A DNA stretch of 63,633 nucleotides, the filler included, from Reticulomyxa filosa (taxonomy: Eukaryota; Protista; Foraminifera), in the NCBI GenBank assembly GCA_000512085.1. It is 18 parts of 18 records of this genome, joined end to end, with 100 filler letters (N's around TTAATTAATTAA, not from the genome) between each part and the next. Parts side by side here need not be neighbours in the genome. Positions count along the whole stretch, not along the records: positions 1 to 9,565 come from ASPP01013281.1; positions 9,666 to 21,242 come from ASPP01000202.1; 16 more parts are not named here. One strand, given 5' to 3'. Positions within the stretch are counted from its first letter, which is position 1. The number at the start of each line of letters is the position of its first letter. Both the position numbers and the translations under genes were made by a program. Below the pieces are notes generated by a model. That model had not been told where the DNA came from and did not search any database. It saw nothing but the letters and a program-made list of their open reading frames with translations. This document shows, piece after piece, positions 1 to 14,977 of this stretch.

Positions 1-1522
1 ATCATCATCATTATCATCATTATCATTGCTATCCTCTTCTTCCCCCTTTGTGTCTGTATGTTCGTCTGGGGACATGTTAATGTAGACCAAGTTCCCTCCC
101 CAAGTGGTGTTCCACCCTGCTTCTTCATTCACCACCAAGCAAAAGACCGCATCCAAGGCACACAAATCTTTGAATCTGTCCAAATCATGTGCAACCGTGT
201 AGCATCCATGTCCAAACTTGCGGCATTCTATCGCGTATGCGTGTTGAAGACAAAGAGTAGTGATGCTTTCCAGCCATTGTTTCCAGCGCGAGCATGCCAA
301 AAACTCGATCCATTGATTCAGAATATTGTCGTGTTTCGACCCTTTCAAAGGGTCGGATAAGCGATAGTAAAACCGTCGATGCTTGGGATGCATTTCAATC
401 CATTCCGGAGAGGTCTCATCTTTTAGGCAATTCAATAACTTGTAATACTTTTCCAGTTTCAAAAATGACACCAGTTCCAAACTACTTTCATTTACAAATG
501 TTTCTGTCAATTTTTCGAGCAATTCTTTTTTCAAATATTCATCGCCAATCCAATACTCTAATGTCAAATGCTCATCTTTATGCTTTCCAACATTCTTTAC
601 ACATTTCCATTCAATCTCCGGGTCACTCATAGCTAAGAGTTGTTTTTTTTTCATTAACACAAAAAATTTTGTGAGAAAAAAGAAATTTTCGTTTTTTTTG
701 TTTGTTTTTCCATTTATTTTTCGAAATAAGCATTACGTACGAGTGGAAATCACTGGGACGTGTGTTTGATGATGAAACCAACCGCCAATTGCAATCCGAT
801 CTTTTTCCTTGGTTAGCACTTCACTTACCTCATGGAACGATTTTTTGCACACTTCAAACAAAATGACCGAGTTACGTACTGGAAGGACCTCTTCATAAAG
901 CTCCAATTTCATGTCTGGAATATCTTCGTTTACGCTTTTGTATATGTTGAGTCGGCCGCCATCTTCCTTTGTCCAATCCTTTGGGGTCAAGTATAATATA
1001 AATGCAATCGCTCTCGTGTCGATTTGATCGTCGTGGCATAACAAATAATTCCCATCTCGATACACACTCGCAAACAAATCGGGCTTGTTTGCCACTGTAA
1101 TGCCTGTCATCTCTTCCAACAAATCACAAAATTCTTTGCTATACAAGGCCTTTTGATGTATCCCCCCCCCCCCCCCCACCCCCCCACATACACACATTTT
1201 TTTCTGTGTGATTAGTGAGTGACACGATTCAACCCTTTTGATTTTTTTTATTTATTTATAAATAATTTTTTTACATTTCGAAGTTTTACAATATTGGGAC
1301 TTTCGTGACTGATTAACGCGTAGGATTGATGAAATTGAAACAGATCACTGCTTTAAGTTCGTAGGATATCTCCTCTCGCAATGTCGTCTCTAACTCGTCA
1401 AGAAACGTTTCGTTTAAAAACGACATGACATGCATACGCTTGAACGGCTTTGCTGTCGTAAAGTTTTGATACCAATTCTTTACCTTAGGCCTCAGCTCTT
1501 TATGGTTGATAATTCCTTCCAT
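1..1522 (-). CDS. OGFOD1: Prolyl 3-hydroxylase OGFOD1/TPA1-like 2OG-Fe(II) oxygenase (3 exons visible, runs off the window start)
   Basis: Exon 1 has AKPFKRMHVMSFL...SDLFQFHQS (needs a 1-nt shift at ~1352). Exon 2 has YLLCHDDQIDTRAIAFILYL...DGGRL...SFHEVSEV...RIAIGGWFH (HxD...H...R motif). Exon 3 (~1-632) translates openly as the second domain: YWIGDEYL...CRKFGHGCYTVAHD...WNTTWGGNLVY. Confidence 0.9.
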
Positions 1523-2053
1523 TACTTTCTATTATGATTATTATCAATTTATTTTTATTGGCCCCTCTTCCAAAAAATTTTTAAAAACTCTTTCCAATAT
1601 CTTTCAATTCTGTTACAAAATGAACTTTTGTAAGATTTTAAAAACAAGAATATTTTCAAGTTCATGGCTGAAAATTTTTTTAAATATAGAAAACCAGACT
1701 ATTCCCGTTTTGTGAATAATTTATGACATATACTATAGTTTGCTGAATTTTTTTAAATTGTGCGCTAACTTAAGGGAGGAAATTCATTGTCCTTATTTAA
1801 TTGTTTATCAATCACAGGTAGATATTTTTTGTGTCGATTGAACCGCAATTGTTGTTGAATGCTGAAATTCAATTCAATGGTCACCCAGATGATATAAATG
1901 AACAAAAGAAAAACAGGGAGCCAAAACAAAAAAGGCTACTTACAAGTGATTGACTGATTTGGCCGAAGTAAAAAGCGCAAAGACCCAAAAAAACTGTTTT
2001 TGGTTGATCAGTACAATACATCAAATCAATTAAATGAGCTTAATTTATTGCGT

Positions 2054-4809
2054 TTAACGCACTGAAAAAACTCGGATGCTACCATCGGCGCCTGCTCCTA
2101 CAAATTGGTTATCAGACAAGAACTCTACTCGTCGAATAGCGCCATTGAAGGCATTTTCCAATTTGATGTTTTCATTACCTCCACTTGCAGGTTCTAACCA
2201 CACATACACATTATTATCATGTCCTCCTGATACCAGCCATTTTCCGCTGGGGTTGTATGCGACAGAGGATGGTGATGCATTGTGGAATTGGAAGCTTCGG
2301 GATTTGTTCACAGGTTCAGTACATTCACCCGATAATTCCCAGACCCAAATATGACGATTGCGGTCAGCACTGGTCAAGTATTTGCCTTTTTTGAAATGTA
2401 GTTAGCAAAGACAACAGCAAAGATTAATTCTTACATATACATATATATATCACTTTACAAATTCCATACACAAATGAATTATGTTTGCCTCAACAACAAA
2501 AAAAGACTCGTTTGGATACTTACCGTCAGGTGAAAAGACAACATCAACAAGTTCTTGACGAATGTATTCATTTTCAATCGTCTTGACTTGTTTGTATCCA
2601 TTCTTAGCATCAAATATTAAAATTTTTTTTTCGATGGTGCCAACAGCGAGCCATCGATCGTCGAAGGACAGCGCTGCTGCAGCGGGAGTGCCACTTATTT
2701 CAATGGAAGACTTGATTTCAATTCCTTTCAATATCTCAAGTTTTTGCTTGTGCGTGCCAACGACAAGCAAGTCAGCAGTCTGATTACCAACGGCGACAGC
2801 ACGGGCGGCTCCGTCCAATTTGAGTCCATCCGAATTTAATTTCAAATCCTTGGTTTCGCTTCGAACCACGCGATCATCAACACCTATTGTGTATATTGCG
2901 CTGCTGTCGTTCGTCAAGCGAATGAATTTGATTTGTGTTCCTTCATGAGGATCTCCAACTAAATCCACACACTCTCCTGTTTTCACCGTCGTGCGCACCA
3001 CTCTACTATCTGCGTCACATGTGTACACATGACCATTGGCGCGATCTACGCAGAGGTCTTGTACGCTCTTGCGATGTCCCTGTCAATACGCCCCCATTTT
3101 TTAAATTTTTTATTTTTTAAAACATTCAATTGTATGAATGGTCATTTTTAAGATATTAGCCACGTAATGTTTTACTACAATATTTACACTTCCGTGTCGT
3201 GACCCCTTTTTAAAAAAAATTAAAAAGAGTTTTTTTTTTTTGAACTACTCAACAGTGAGCACTTTCACAGGTCTTTCCTTTTCTTTGCTCAAGAAATTGA
3301 TGACTCCAGACAAGGACACAGATAGAATATATTGTCCCAGCCACAAGCATGTTACTTGCATATCATTGATGGAGGGTTTGTCAGCAAAGGTCCAAGTATG
3401 CAATACTTTTCCTGCTTCATAATCCCACAATTTCACCGTTTTGTCTGCTGATGCAGTTATAAACTCTTTTCCGTCTGCAGACCACGATACTTCATACACA
3501 CTTCCTTTGTGTCCATCTTTGCATTGAATTTCTCGCAATTTCTTGCCTTCTTTGCCATCAAAGACCAATATCTAAACTCAAGAGAAGCCCACATACACAA
3601 TTGCATTACATACCATTTTTTTCATTTGCTCTTCTCTCTTAATTCTTGCGCAAAAAAAAAAACAAACAACATAATAATCGGATAGATGTTTTCGTGACGC
3701 AGCGAACCTGTTTGTCGGATCCGACAGAGACATACACTTCTCCGTCAGGACGATATCGGACACAGTTGACATAATTCTTGTGTGTTGTGTCATATGACTC
3801 AAATTTAAATGGTGGACCGCTATAAATATACACCCCAAAGTCTTCCGCGGAGCTGATCAACCGATAAGGTCGAGTGGGTTTGAAGTCACAACTATGTTTC
3901 ACAAAACACAATTTTTTTTTTTTTTTTAAATAAATTTTTGAAACAAGTTAAAATTTTCAAAACTTTTGAAACATAACAAAAAAAAAAAAAAATACGTATA
4001 CATTTTTTTAAATAAAAAATAAAAAACAAAACCTGAGATATCCCTTTTGTGCACCACTAATCTCGCCTAATTTGTTGTTGGTATTCCATGGGAACACTTT
4101 GCCTTTGCTGTCATGTGTTTTTTGTTTCATTGCATATTTTATTTATGCAACAAGATTGCAAAAAGTGAAAAAAAAAACAAAAAAAAAACAATTGATCAGT
4201 CATCACTGTCATGATCAAGTTATTTTCACACTAGTGATAACGACAAAAAGTATCTCCACTCAACTCATCTTTTCCGGAACCAACTGCAAAAATTTTCGAG
4301 CCGTCGTCGCTCCTGTTTAATTATTGAAAAACAAAAAAACGCATTTTTGAAAGGTTTCCCTCCTCCCCCTTTTTTTTTATTTTTTAAAAAATTTTCCCCC
4401 CCCTCCCGTTCTTGGTGCCCTTTTTTTGTTCTTCAAAGCATTCACATGTGACATACCATGCAATGTCCAAAACTCTTTTGCCGACGGAAATAGTGTTTTT
4501 AATGACATAGGACTGGTGCGCCCAAACCATGCAGTTACCAGTATCATCTCCCGAGCAAATCCATTCTCCGTTTGGATGATACTTTGCTACGTTCACTTTG
4601 AAACCGTGGATTGGGCATATCGATACTTCGTTCACATTGTCCAATCGTCGTTGAATTACCAAATGCTGTGTGCAATATGCAACTCGTGGTGCAATTTTCA
4701 AAGTCCCGCCCAAGTGTATGCCAAATCCTCTTTCTGTATTGGGCAATGGTGCTATCACCAGGTCTGAACGAATGTCCACCTTTTGCTCCGTTGCTGGATC
4801 ACTACTCAT
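2054..4809 (-). CDS. AIP1: Actin-interacting protein 1 (WDR1/AIP1), multi-exon WD40 protein
   Basis: Exons give PLPNTERG at the N-terminus, VAKYHPNGEWICSGDDTG, DFKPTRPYRLISSAED, GPPFKF...HKNYVNCVRYRPDG, HKGSVYEVSWSADGKEFITASADKTVKLWD, DMQVTCLWLGQYILSVSLSGVINFL. These are AIP1 hallmarks. Confidence 0.92.
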
Positions 4810-7349
4810 TCTTTCTGTTTTATGGTTGACAGAACAAAAAATACTTCAGAAAATTCACCTTTTTCTTTTTTTTCCCCCTTGACGAAAGTTGCGCACTAAG
4901 TTTGCAGGATTTCTTTCAACAAACTAAAACTCTGAGTATATTCAAATTGATACAGTCACTCACCTTAAAAAAATTTAAAATTTGATTATCTTTTGGTAGA
5001 GCTTTTTAAATTAGTGAATATTTTCATTTTTTTTGTAAAACTAGTTAATGTGGAAGAGTCTATCAACAATATAAATTACGAATTATTGTCAAATTTTCAA
5101 TTTGAATTAGATTATTTGCAGGAATATACATATACTCGAAATTGTAATTGTATATTATATGTACATTTCTGACACTTTTTTTTTAGTCTTCAAAATGCAA
5201 TCATTTTTTTTATTGATATTTCTGCTTTTTTGCATGTTTTGTTGCAAAATTACTGTATGTTGGAAAAAGTTAGTTTTTATTGTATGAAAATTGGCAAAAT
5301 GAATTTTACTTTGTTGATTGAGCCAAAAATTTTATATTATACATTGCAAAATCAAAACTAAACAATTCAAGATCACGACATCCAATATGAAAGCGCAAAC
5401 TCAAGTTTGCATGTATATTATTAAATATAATCAAGTGAAATCATGTTTTTGACTTGTTGATAATAAATTATTTTCGATCATTTTTTCATGCTGCAAAGAT
5501 AAATGACAGAACAGCCAAAGAAAGTAGCAAAAAATAGTTATATAAAGATGAAAAGTGAAGAAGCGACAGAAGCCCTTGCATAAACCACCACAACGATAAC
5601 AATAAAGACAGATTACACTATATCTTATTCTGCGCTGGTGTAAGTATAAAAGGGAATTTGCGACTAATGGAACTGAAGCTATGCCAGAAAGACGTATGCA
5701 GAACGATGAATGTAGAAAACGAGTTGTTATGCAAAGTACGGAGCGCAAAGTTGAAAAAGAGAATCAAAAAATATGAAGCATATTAAAATCAAGCACTTAT
5801 ATACATCAGCTAGTTAACAATACAAATACCAATTTATGTTAAGTTAGCAAATAAACAAACAACTAACTGTCACAATTAAACTAGTCGTCGAAATTAACAT
5901 ACGTAATGACAGCAGTAATAACTCGAGTAACGCAATGCAGATAATTTGGAACACTTTTTGATCACTATGCAATGACATTCGTGACTACATTGTCGCTATA
6001 CAAATTGTCAACAGATGTACTGGCTTGTATATATGGTTTATTGTTTCTTTTCAATTACTCTAAATAATGTGAAGTAACAAAAAGGTAATCAAGACTATGC
6101 GATTAAATTATAACAAGAAGCTTAGAAAATAATAATACTAAGCAAAGTGGAGAAATTAGTGTGTGATACAAATGTATCTCTTTCTGGAGAAAAGTAATAG
6201 CTATTGCGACATTTGAAACAACATGTGTAGCAAGATATTGCTAGAAGATAGATTATGATCAAGATAATTCAGTTGGTAATACACTTTGGAAAATTTGTAT
6301 AACATTCACTTTACTTGAAAATACTCAAAACAATATCGACATCGATCTGAAACAAGCTGTACTTGCTGAAATGTTGTCAAATTGACAAGTGAAACTTGGT
6401 TCTGTTCGACAAGTGTTTGTATTTATCTTATTATTGTACAATTATATTAGTGTGTATTTGGTCAACAATTTTGTCAAAAATTATGTGAAAAATAAAAATT
6501 ATTAATTGAATAGTTCCTTTAAAAGGGTCTAGTTCCAGATTTTTTATTTTTTTATTTGTCATCATTAGTTTCATTACTTGTTTTCAAAGCTTATAAAGGT
6601 AATGTGTTCATTCCTGTATTGTGGAAGATTTTCAGCACAATAGTGGTTGAAATTGTTCAAACATGCTTTAATGATATTTTTTTTTTGAAAAATAATTATT
6701 TTGTTATATAAAGCTGTTTACATTATTATCCTCAAATGAACCAAAAAATTATTGAATCTTTTGCTTATTCTAACAAATCAAGCTATCAAACATTTTGGTG
6801 TCAAAATAGACAAGACTTTACCTAAGTTCTTTATTTAAAAACTTGATTTGAAAACGTTGGAAATCAAATTATCAGTCTACATTTGGAGCAGCATCTATGT
6901 GAATTGCACAGTGAAAGTCTTGTATCTTCATTGTGCGTAAACAAAATCCTTTTTTTAAATGCTAAAAAAATGGAAATGAGGGTCTACTGCCGCACCTGTA
7001 CACCAGTGTATAGTGAAAGCAGTAAACTCATTATTGGGTTTGTATATGTTATATAAAATTTCATGTATCACTTCTTTTTTTGAACGTAGAAAAAAGGAAG
7101 TTTGCCTTGTTTCTAAGTTGAAGGTTTAATATTTTGTTTTGATTTGTAGCATTTTTGCAGGGACAATTACATTCTTTTAAGTAAATTTTTATTAATTGAT
7201 TTTTAAAAATTGTTACTACTATTCAAAAATTTTTGGAATGTTGTATTTAAAAAATGCGATTGATGGAGTAGTGTCAGAAACGCAAATTCGATTAGTTACT
7301 TAAAAATTAATTACACGTAAAAAACCGTTTACACAAGTATTAATTCACT

Positions 7350-8995
<1,646 letters not shown>

Positions 8996-9565
8996 CTTTC
9001 AAAGCAAGTCAAAAGTCGACAAGCAAATAAAAAAAAAAACTAAACAAACCTCTTCTTTTAACACTAGTTAGTGCTTTCAAAGCAGCTGTTAAGTTTACTG
9101 ATTGATTGTGATATATTGTAAACAAATTCAATCGCTTTAACAGAAATAACCAAACGTCATCATATTTGAAAATTTAAACGACAGATATTTCACTTAATTG
9201 AAAGATAACAAGGTAGTAACAGAAAAGAAAGAAACTTAACACAACCAAAAAAGATCAAAATTTGATTGTTTACTCTATCATCCACCACCTAATTTACGGA
9301 TGGGGTTTTCAAGTCTTGTCACAGCATAAGGTTTTTTGTTGTTATTGTTGCTTCTTGATTCGACAGCTTCTTGCAAACGTATTAAGATTAGCTTGAATGA
9401 ATGATACATCAAAGCAAATGCAGATCTATTTAACTACTTCCAATCTAGCTACGAGTGCTTCGGCCATACTAAGCAAAATGAATTTTTGCAATTTAATTTG
9501 CTGTTGGGAATGTAAAATCTGATTTCTTTTTCATTTTAGTTATTTAACTAACAATAAAGCAAAAT

Positions 9566-9665
9566 NNNNNNNNNNNNNNNNNNNNNNNNNNNNNNNNNNN
9601 NNNNNNNNNTTAATTAATTAANNNNNNNNNNNNNNNNNNNNNNNNNNNNNNNNNNNNNNNNNNNN
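9566..9665. other. Artificial contig linker N44-TTAATTAATTAA-N44 (first of 17)
   Basis: Identical 100-nt spacer with stops in all frames. It also occurs at 21243, 26923, 28942, 30108, 31409, 32671, 38667, 40605, 47225, 50377, 51973, 53669, 55505, 59697, 60800 and 62422. Confidence 0.99.
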
Positions 9666-10074
9666 GTGCCATTTAGGTATGGCGGTTTTTTTTGCAATCT
9701 ACTGTATAAACAACTTTAATTTTTAAAATATCATTGTTTTGATTCTTTGTTGCTTTTTGGTATGTTTTGTGCTCCCATTATTTTTTATTAAAATATTCAC
9801 TCAAAATCAAGTACTATTGTAATTTTTGGTAATAATAATCGCTTTTGATAACGTTATAGACACATAGAAATATTGTTAGAAAAGGATTTTTTTGTTATTC
9901 ATGAAGTAATTCTGTGCAAGTAAAAAATACTGTATAGTTGTAGCAAAAACAGAAAAGGCTTGATTGCTAACCTTCATGCCTTTAATCTTGAAGATACAAT
10001 AGATCGATTGTATTACAACTGGCTTTTTGAACAAAAGAAGGAGGAAAATAAATTTTTTAATTAAAAAAAATCTA

Positions 10075-12133
10075 ATGTCAGCGACATTGACAGCACAAGA
10101 ATTGCGATCAGTGCAAGTGCTGATCCAAAGCCAAATAACATTGAGTTGCTTTCGGCATTTAGATTCGTGGTCACGACTTTTTTTGAAGCGAGAATCAAGT
10201 GATAAATCCATCAATGTGGACGATGATCAAATAGGACAGCGACAAAATATGTTAAGCAGTTTAGAGATGAACAGCTTGCTAAATATGAGAACCGAGTACA
10301 ATGAATTATTTGAAATGTTGTGTAAAACGATGGACCGTAAGATGAAAGAGAATACCTCCGTGTTATTAGTTGGAAAGCACGGTTATGGCAAGTCCTCGCT
10401 CTTGCACATGGCACTCCATCAATTGCGCGCGAAATATGGAGCCGACAAATTTCATTGCATCTATTTGAACGGATTGTTGCACTCAGACGATGTCATTGCT
10501 ATGCATGAGCTGGTACGCGAGTTATCGAATCAGAGGTGTTCACAGGACGCGGTGGATGGCAACAAAGGTAAAGGCAGCCATGCCCCATTTGTGAATGAAT
10601 TGGAGTATTTGGTGCAACAATTACAATTCTTTGTCAATCAATCACGCACGCAGCAAGGATCAGACACAGCCGTCGATCACGTATATGCGCCACCGGTGTT
10701 CATTATATTGGATCACATGGAGTTATTTTGCATGCGACCGAAGCAGACGTTGCTTTACAATCTCTTCGACCTGTTGCAAATGAAGTCTGACTCTTTCAAT
10801 ATCATTGGTTTGACCGCGCATAAGGCCATCGACGAATTGCTCGAAAAGCGTATCCGCTCGCGCTTTATTCACAAAAAAATTTTGGTCTTTCAAAAACCCA
10901 TCGACCTTTCTTTATCTCAAAGACTGTTGTTTCAATCGTTGAAATTGGATGACTCTTTTTTTTTTGATCACTCTTCGTCGCTGTACGTCCAAGACTTTGA
11001 CCTCTCTCAAGTTCGCACATACACATACATCTTTTTGGCACACTTTATATCTTTGTTTTTCTTTTTTTTTTTTTTTTTTACTTGTTTGTTTGCTTGTTGA
11101 ATGAAAAGGACAACGGCGAGAAGACAAATGTGCAATTAACGAAGAATCACATTGATATATACAACAATTGGGTCGAAAATGAAATTTTAAACGGCCGCAA
11201 ATTAAATCAAAGACTCCGTCGCTTTTTTTCGCTTGGATTTTCACCACAGCAATTTCTACTTTTAAGTTTATAGAAATACATATATGTATATGTATATAAT
11301 TTTTTTTAACTTTGTACATACAAAATATTCTTTCAGGTGCATTTATATCTCAATATATCCAACCTTGCTACTTTGAAAACGTGAGTTCAGGCGTGAACGA
11401 ATGTCCGTCGTTGCAGATTAAATTTGCTGACAAGGCAAAACCGCTCCAAAAACGCCGTCGGAGGAGACTGAACGCAACCAACTCGGTGCCAAAGTGCGAC
11501 GATGAGAACAACAAGGAAAACATGAGCGGGATTGGTAATGAAAACAAAAGGAAGACAGAACACGGCGAGAACGGAAAGAAAGAGGAAGACAACAAAGATG
11601 ATAAAAACGTGGAGAAAAAAACAAAATTTTGCATCGATGAAATGATTGTAAATGAAATGAGCCAAAGCGTACCGTTTTTGATGAATCCGCAATTGCTGTT
11701 AATCAATGATTTGTCCGTGAATGAACTGTTGTTGTTAGTGGTGGCCTGCAAATTGGACAATTGCGATATTTGCGTGTTCAACTTTGAAATGTTGATGCAA
11801 CGCTTGAAAACGTTGGAACATTACACCACGCATCTGATGCATAAAACCAGTCGATTGTTACATGTGCGCGCCTTTGAACAGCTGTTGCAAATGAAATTTT
11901 TTGTTCCGATCAATAATCCACTTGCACATATCTCTTCTACTCTTTTTGCACATTCCAAAAAAAAACTATCTTCTGACACCGTCTTCCATCCCAATTATCA
12001 AAACGTTCGCTTAAATTGCAAAAGTATTGGCTCCTCTGCAGATATGCTCCAGTGCATCAAGGAAAATGCCACACAGGCACCTCTGTGGATGAAAGACTGG
12101 CTCACCAAAAATACTACACATATCCACAGCTGA
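10075..12133 (+). CDS. ORC4: Origin recognition complex subunit 4 (AAA+ with C-terminal winged helix), 3 exons
   Basis: Walker A VLLVGKHGYGKS, IYLNGLLHSDD, KQTLLYNLFD, LEKRIRSRF arginine finger, and C-terminal DLSVNELLLLV...FNFEML...AFEQL. Confidence 0.9.
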
Positions 12134-13552
12134 AGAGGCCGCGAATCGAGTAACTATTTATACAGATTATAGTTATAGCCGAGTCACAAGAAACATACAT
12201 AAATCTTTTCATGTTTTTTCTTTTTTTATAGTCGTGCAATGTCAATGTTTGTGTTAAGAAAAAAGGTTTGTTTTTTTTTAACTCGTTATTTATTTAAGTC
12301 TGAAGATTACGTTATCCTGCACGGAGTGTTTTCGGAGTTTGTGTAAAAAAGACAAATTTTCTTAACATGCAAAATACAATACTAAAACTGATTTTATCGA
12401 GTCATTTTATTACAACAAATGAAACAAATATTTTTTCATAAATCGGAAAAAATATTTAAGACATATTATAACTATTATTAGAAAAAATTTACAGAGAAAA
12501 TAGAAAAAGATGATGTATAGTTTAATTGAGGCGACGACATAATAATATTTTTGTATAACTATAATTATAAAATATTAAATATTTTTTATAGCATAAAAAC
12601 AATGTCATAAGTTGAATTCAAAGAAAAATTGTAAAATATGCACTCATCCAAACTGAACATAGTATAAATATGTTACAAAAAGTATTAAACAACATAAAAT
12701 TCCAACTTGTAATCACAATTCAATTTAAAATTATTTTTGATTTAAAAAATGTTGCAGATATGCCTTTCCTTAAATTATTTGCCATCTTGGTGACTGTCAC
12801 CGAACTCGAAGAGTTCGTCGGATGCCCTAATCAATTTCTTTTCTTTTTTTTTCGCATGCAGCTTTGCTTTTGGACTTTGCTTCTGCTCTTCTTGGTTCAT
12901 CTATATCATACTTTGTCATGTATATTGGGGCATGTCTATTGTACATCCGTTCTTTATGTCAAAATCTCCAACCTGTTCTTTAAGTTTGATAAATATAATA
13001 AATTCAGCGTTATTTCAATTTTAGATTTTGTATTTAAAATTACAATAAATTACACAATGAGTTAATACATAAAACATTGTCACAAAATTTGAATGATTGT
13101 AATTTCAATTTTTTTTCTTTTTGAAATTAAAATTTTTAATACAATTTTTTAAAGAGTATTTCGTCGAAGTGATTGTTCACGTTGTAATAGATTATTTTTT
13201 CTTTTTTGTTTTTTGAAAACTTGGATATGCGTCAGCGTAGTCAAAAAAAAGCACATTATTTCTTTTGTCAGTGTAATCATTGTTATTAACTTACTTTCTT
13301 TTTATTGAAATTTATTTTCGGAACTAAGTTCCTTTTGTATTATATTTAGTCCTTATACACGAAAAATGTTCTTTCTTCAATACAAAAAAGTATTTGGCAC
13401 ACTTTACTTAATACAGAAAACATTTCAAGTGAATATCCTTTTATCTGTCTAGAAATTTTATAAATTGAGGACAAAAAGACGTTCAAACTAAAAAAAGGAA
13501 ACGTAAATTTTAAACGTGCTGTGTTAAAGAAATAATAAATATTTAGTTGAAA

Positions 13553-14571
13553 ATGGCCCAAATGGCTCAAATGGCTGGAACAATGGCAACTGCTGCACTT
13601 GCCATGTCACGCGCGTCAATTGGAGTTTCAGTGACAGCCGAACCAAGCCCTTTCTCTTTCATGAAAAAGAATGAGGTATGAACAATGGTTCGTTCTACAA
13701 TAAGTCTCTCCTTAGACAACACATTTCCATTCAACACTTGTCAGGACATTGACAACCATGCGCCTGTCAAACAATCAGTCAATGGGTTTGAGCAAAGCCA
13801 CCGACTGTTTGGTGAGTTAAACCCATTTTGTGAGGCCTGGGATGGCGCGATGGAAGTAGTCAAGAGCAATGTAGGCGCTGACGATTTAGATGAAAACAAA
13901 AAAATTAGTGCAGGTTATTTTTTATTTCTCTAAAAAAAGGGTCCAGGTTTCTAATTCAAAAGGGACGAAGACGTACACTGATAAAAAAATTAAATTTGAG
14001 ATAGAAACTGGAAAAAGGACATAACGTATGCAAAAATGGATTTGAATTGGAAGCCATAGCCCAAAACACCTTTACCAAAATTGATGAAATTGAAAAAAAA
14101 ACAGAAGACTCGAACCTTTCTGCTGAATTATACCAGGTGAGGGAAAATGTGACAGCAATGAGAGAATTGTCAAAGAAAAATTTGGAAACAGCACTGGAAG
14201 ATGTTGCAGTAACGTACAACGAACTTCGCGAAGAGCAACCTGGACTGCCAGTCATTGAGGACCTGCTTGCTGTTAGCAAAGAAAAGGCAAAATTACACGT
14301 AGTAAGTGGAGAAGAAGACAAGGAAGAAAAGATGGACCCGAGAAAAAAGCCTTAGATGATTCCCCAACTTGGAATCGCTTCAGACCAAGATTTCGAAGAA
14401 CCTGGTAGTTGCAAGCAAAACAAGGAACCATCTGCAAGAAAAGAAGCAAGAAAGATAGAAGCTGTTGGACAAGATTCAACAGGAACTAAGGGGGTCCTTG
14501 TTGTTCGAGTTGTGTGGTTTTTGACTTTTGCCTTTATTTTATTGAGAAAATTTGGTAGTAAAAAGGCATAA
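13553..14571 (+). CDS. Hypothetical coiled-coil protein, multi-exon; exon structure uncertain
   Basis: Successive coding-like segments (MAQMAGTMATAALAMSR...; DIDNHAPVKQ...; LEAIAQNTFTKIDEIEKK...; MIPQLGIASDQDFEEP...) separated by GT-AG introns. One probable homopolymer frameshift near 14012. Confidence 0.5.
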
Positions 14572-14977
14572 GCGAGACAATCTTTTTTCTTTTTTTTCTT
14601 ACAATGTTTAAGAGTTTTTATGTATGATTTGTTGTAAATGTCGCAACGTTTTAATAATTTCTTACTAAACTACTTACTTGAGATTCAGAGATTTTACCTA
14701 ATTCCACTTTGTCCCTTGAAAGACAATTTGTTTTATTTAACAAATTCAATTGGTTCACGTAATCGCACAAACAAAACCCAATCAGCCAAACAAAATACAA
14801 CAGGAACGAAACCAACACTTTTTTGACAAATTTAACTCATCAGAACCTCAACAAACTGATATCAAACAAAAAAAAAACAAAATATCAATACTTGTCACAT
14901 TATTTCCTCAAAGGTAAAAAAACAAAAAGCAAAAAAAAAAAAACTTTTAGAAAAGGGGTTTTTTTGTGATTGTTTGT

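Noticed and set aside
58-632. Plus-strand ORFs, and most other short ORFs in the track
   Set aside because: Antisense shadows of real exons or AT-rich intron read-through.
5380-6420. Coding-like purine-rich stretch between AIP1 and the protease
   Set aside because: Many stops and no recognisable motif; at most an unidentifiable relic.
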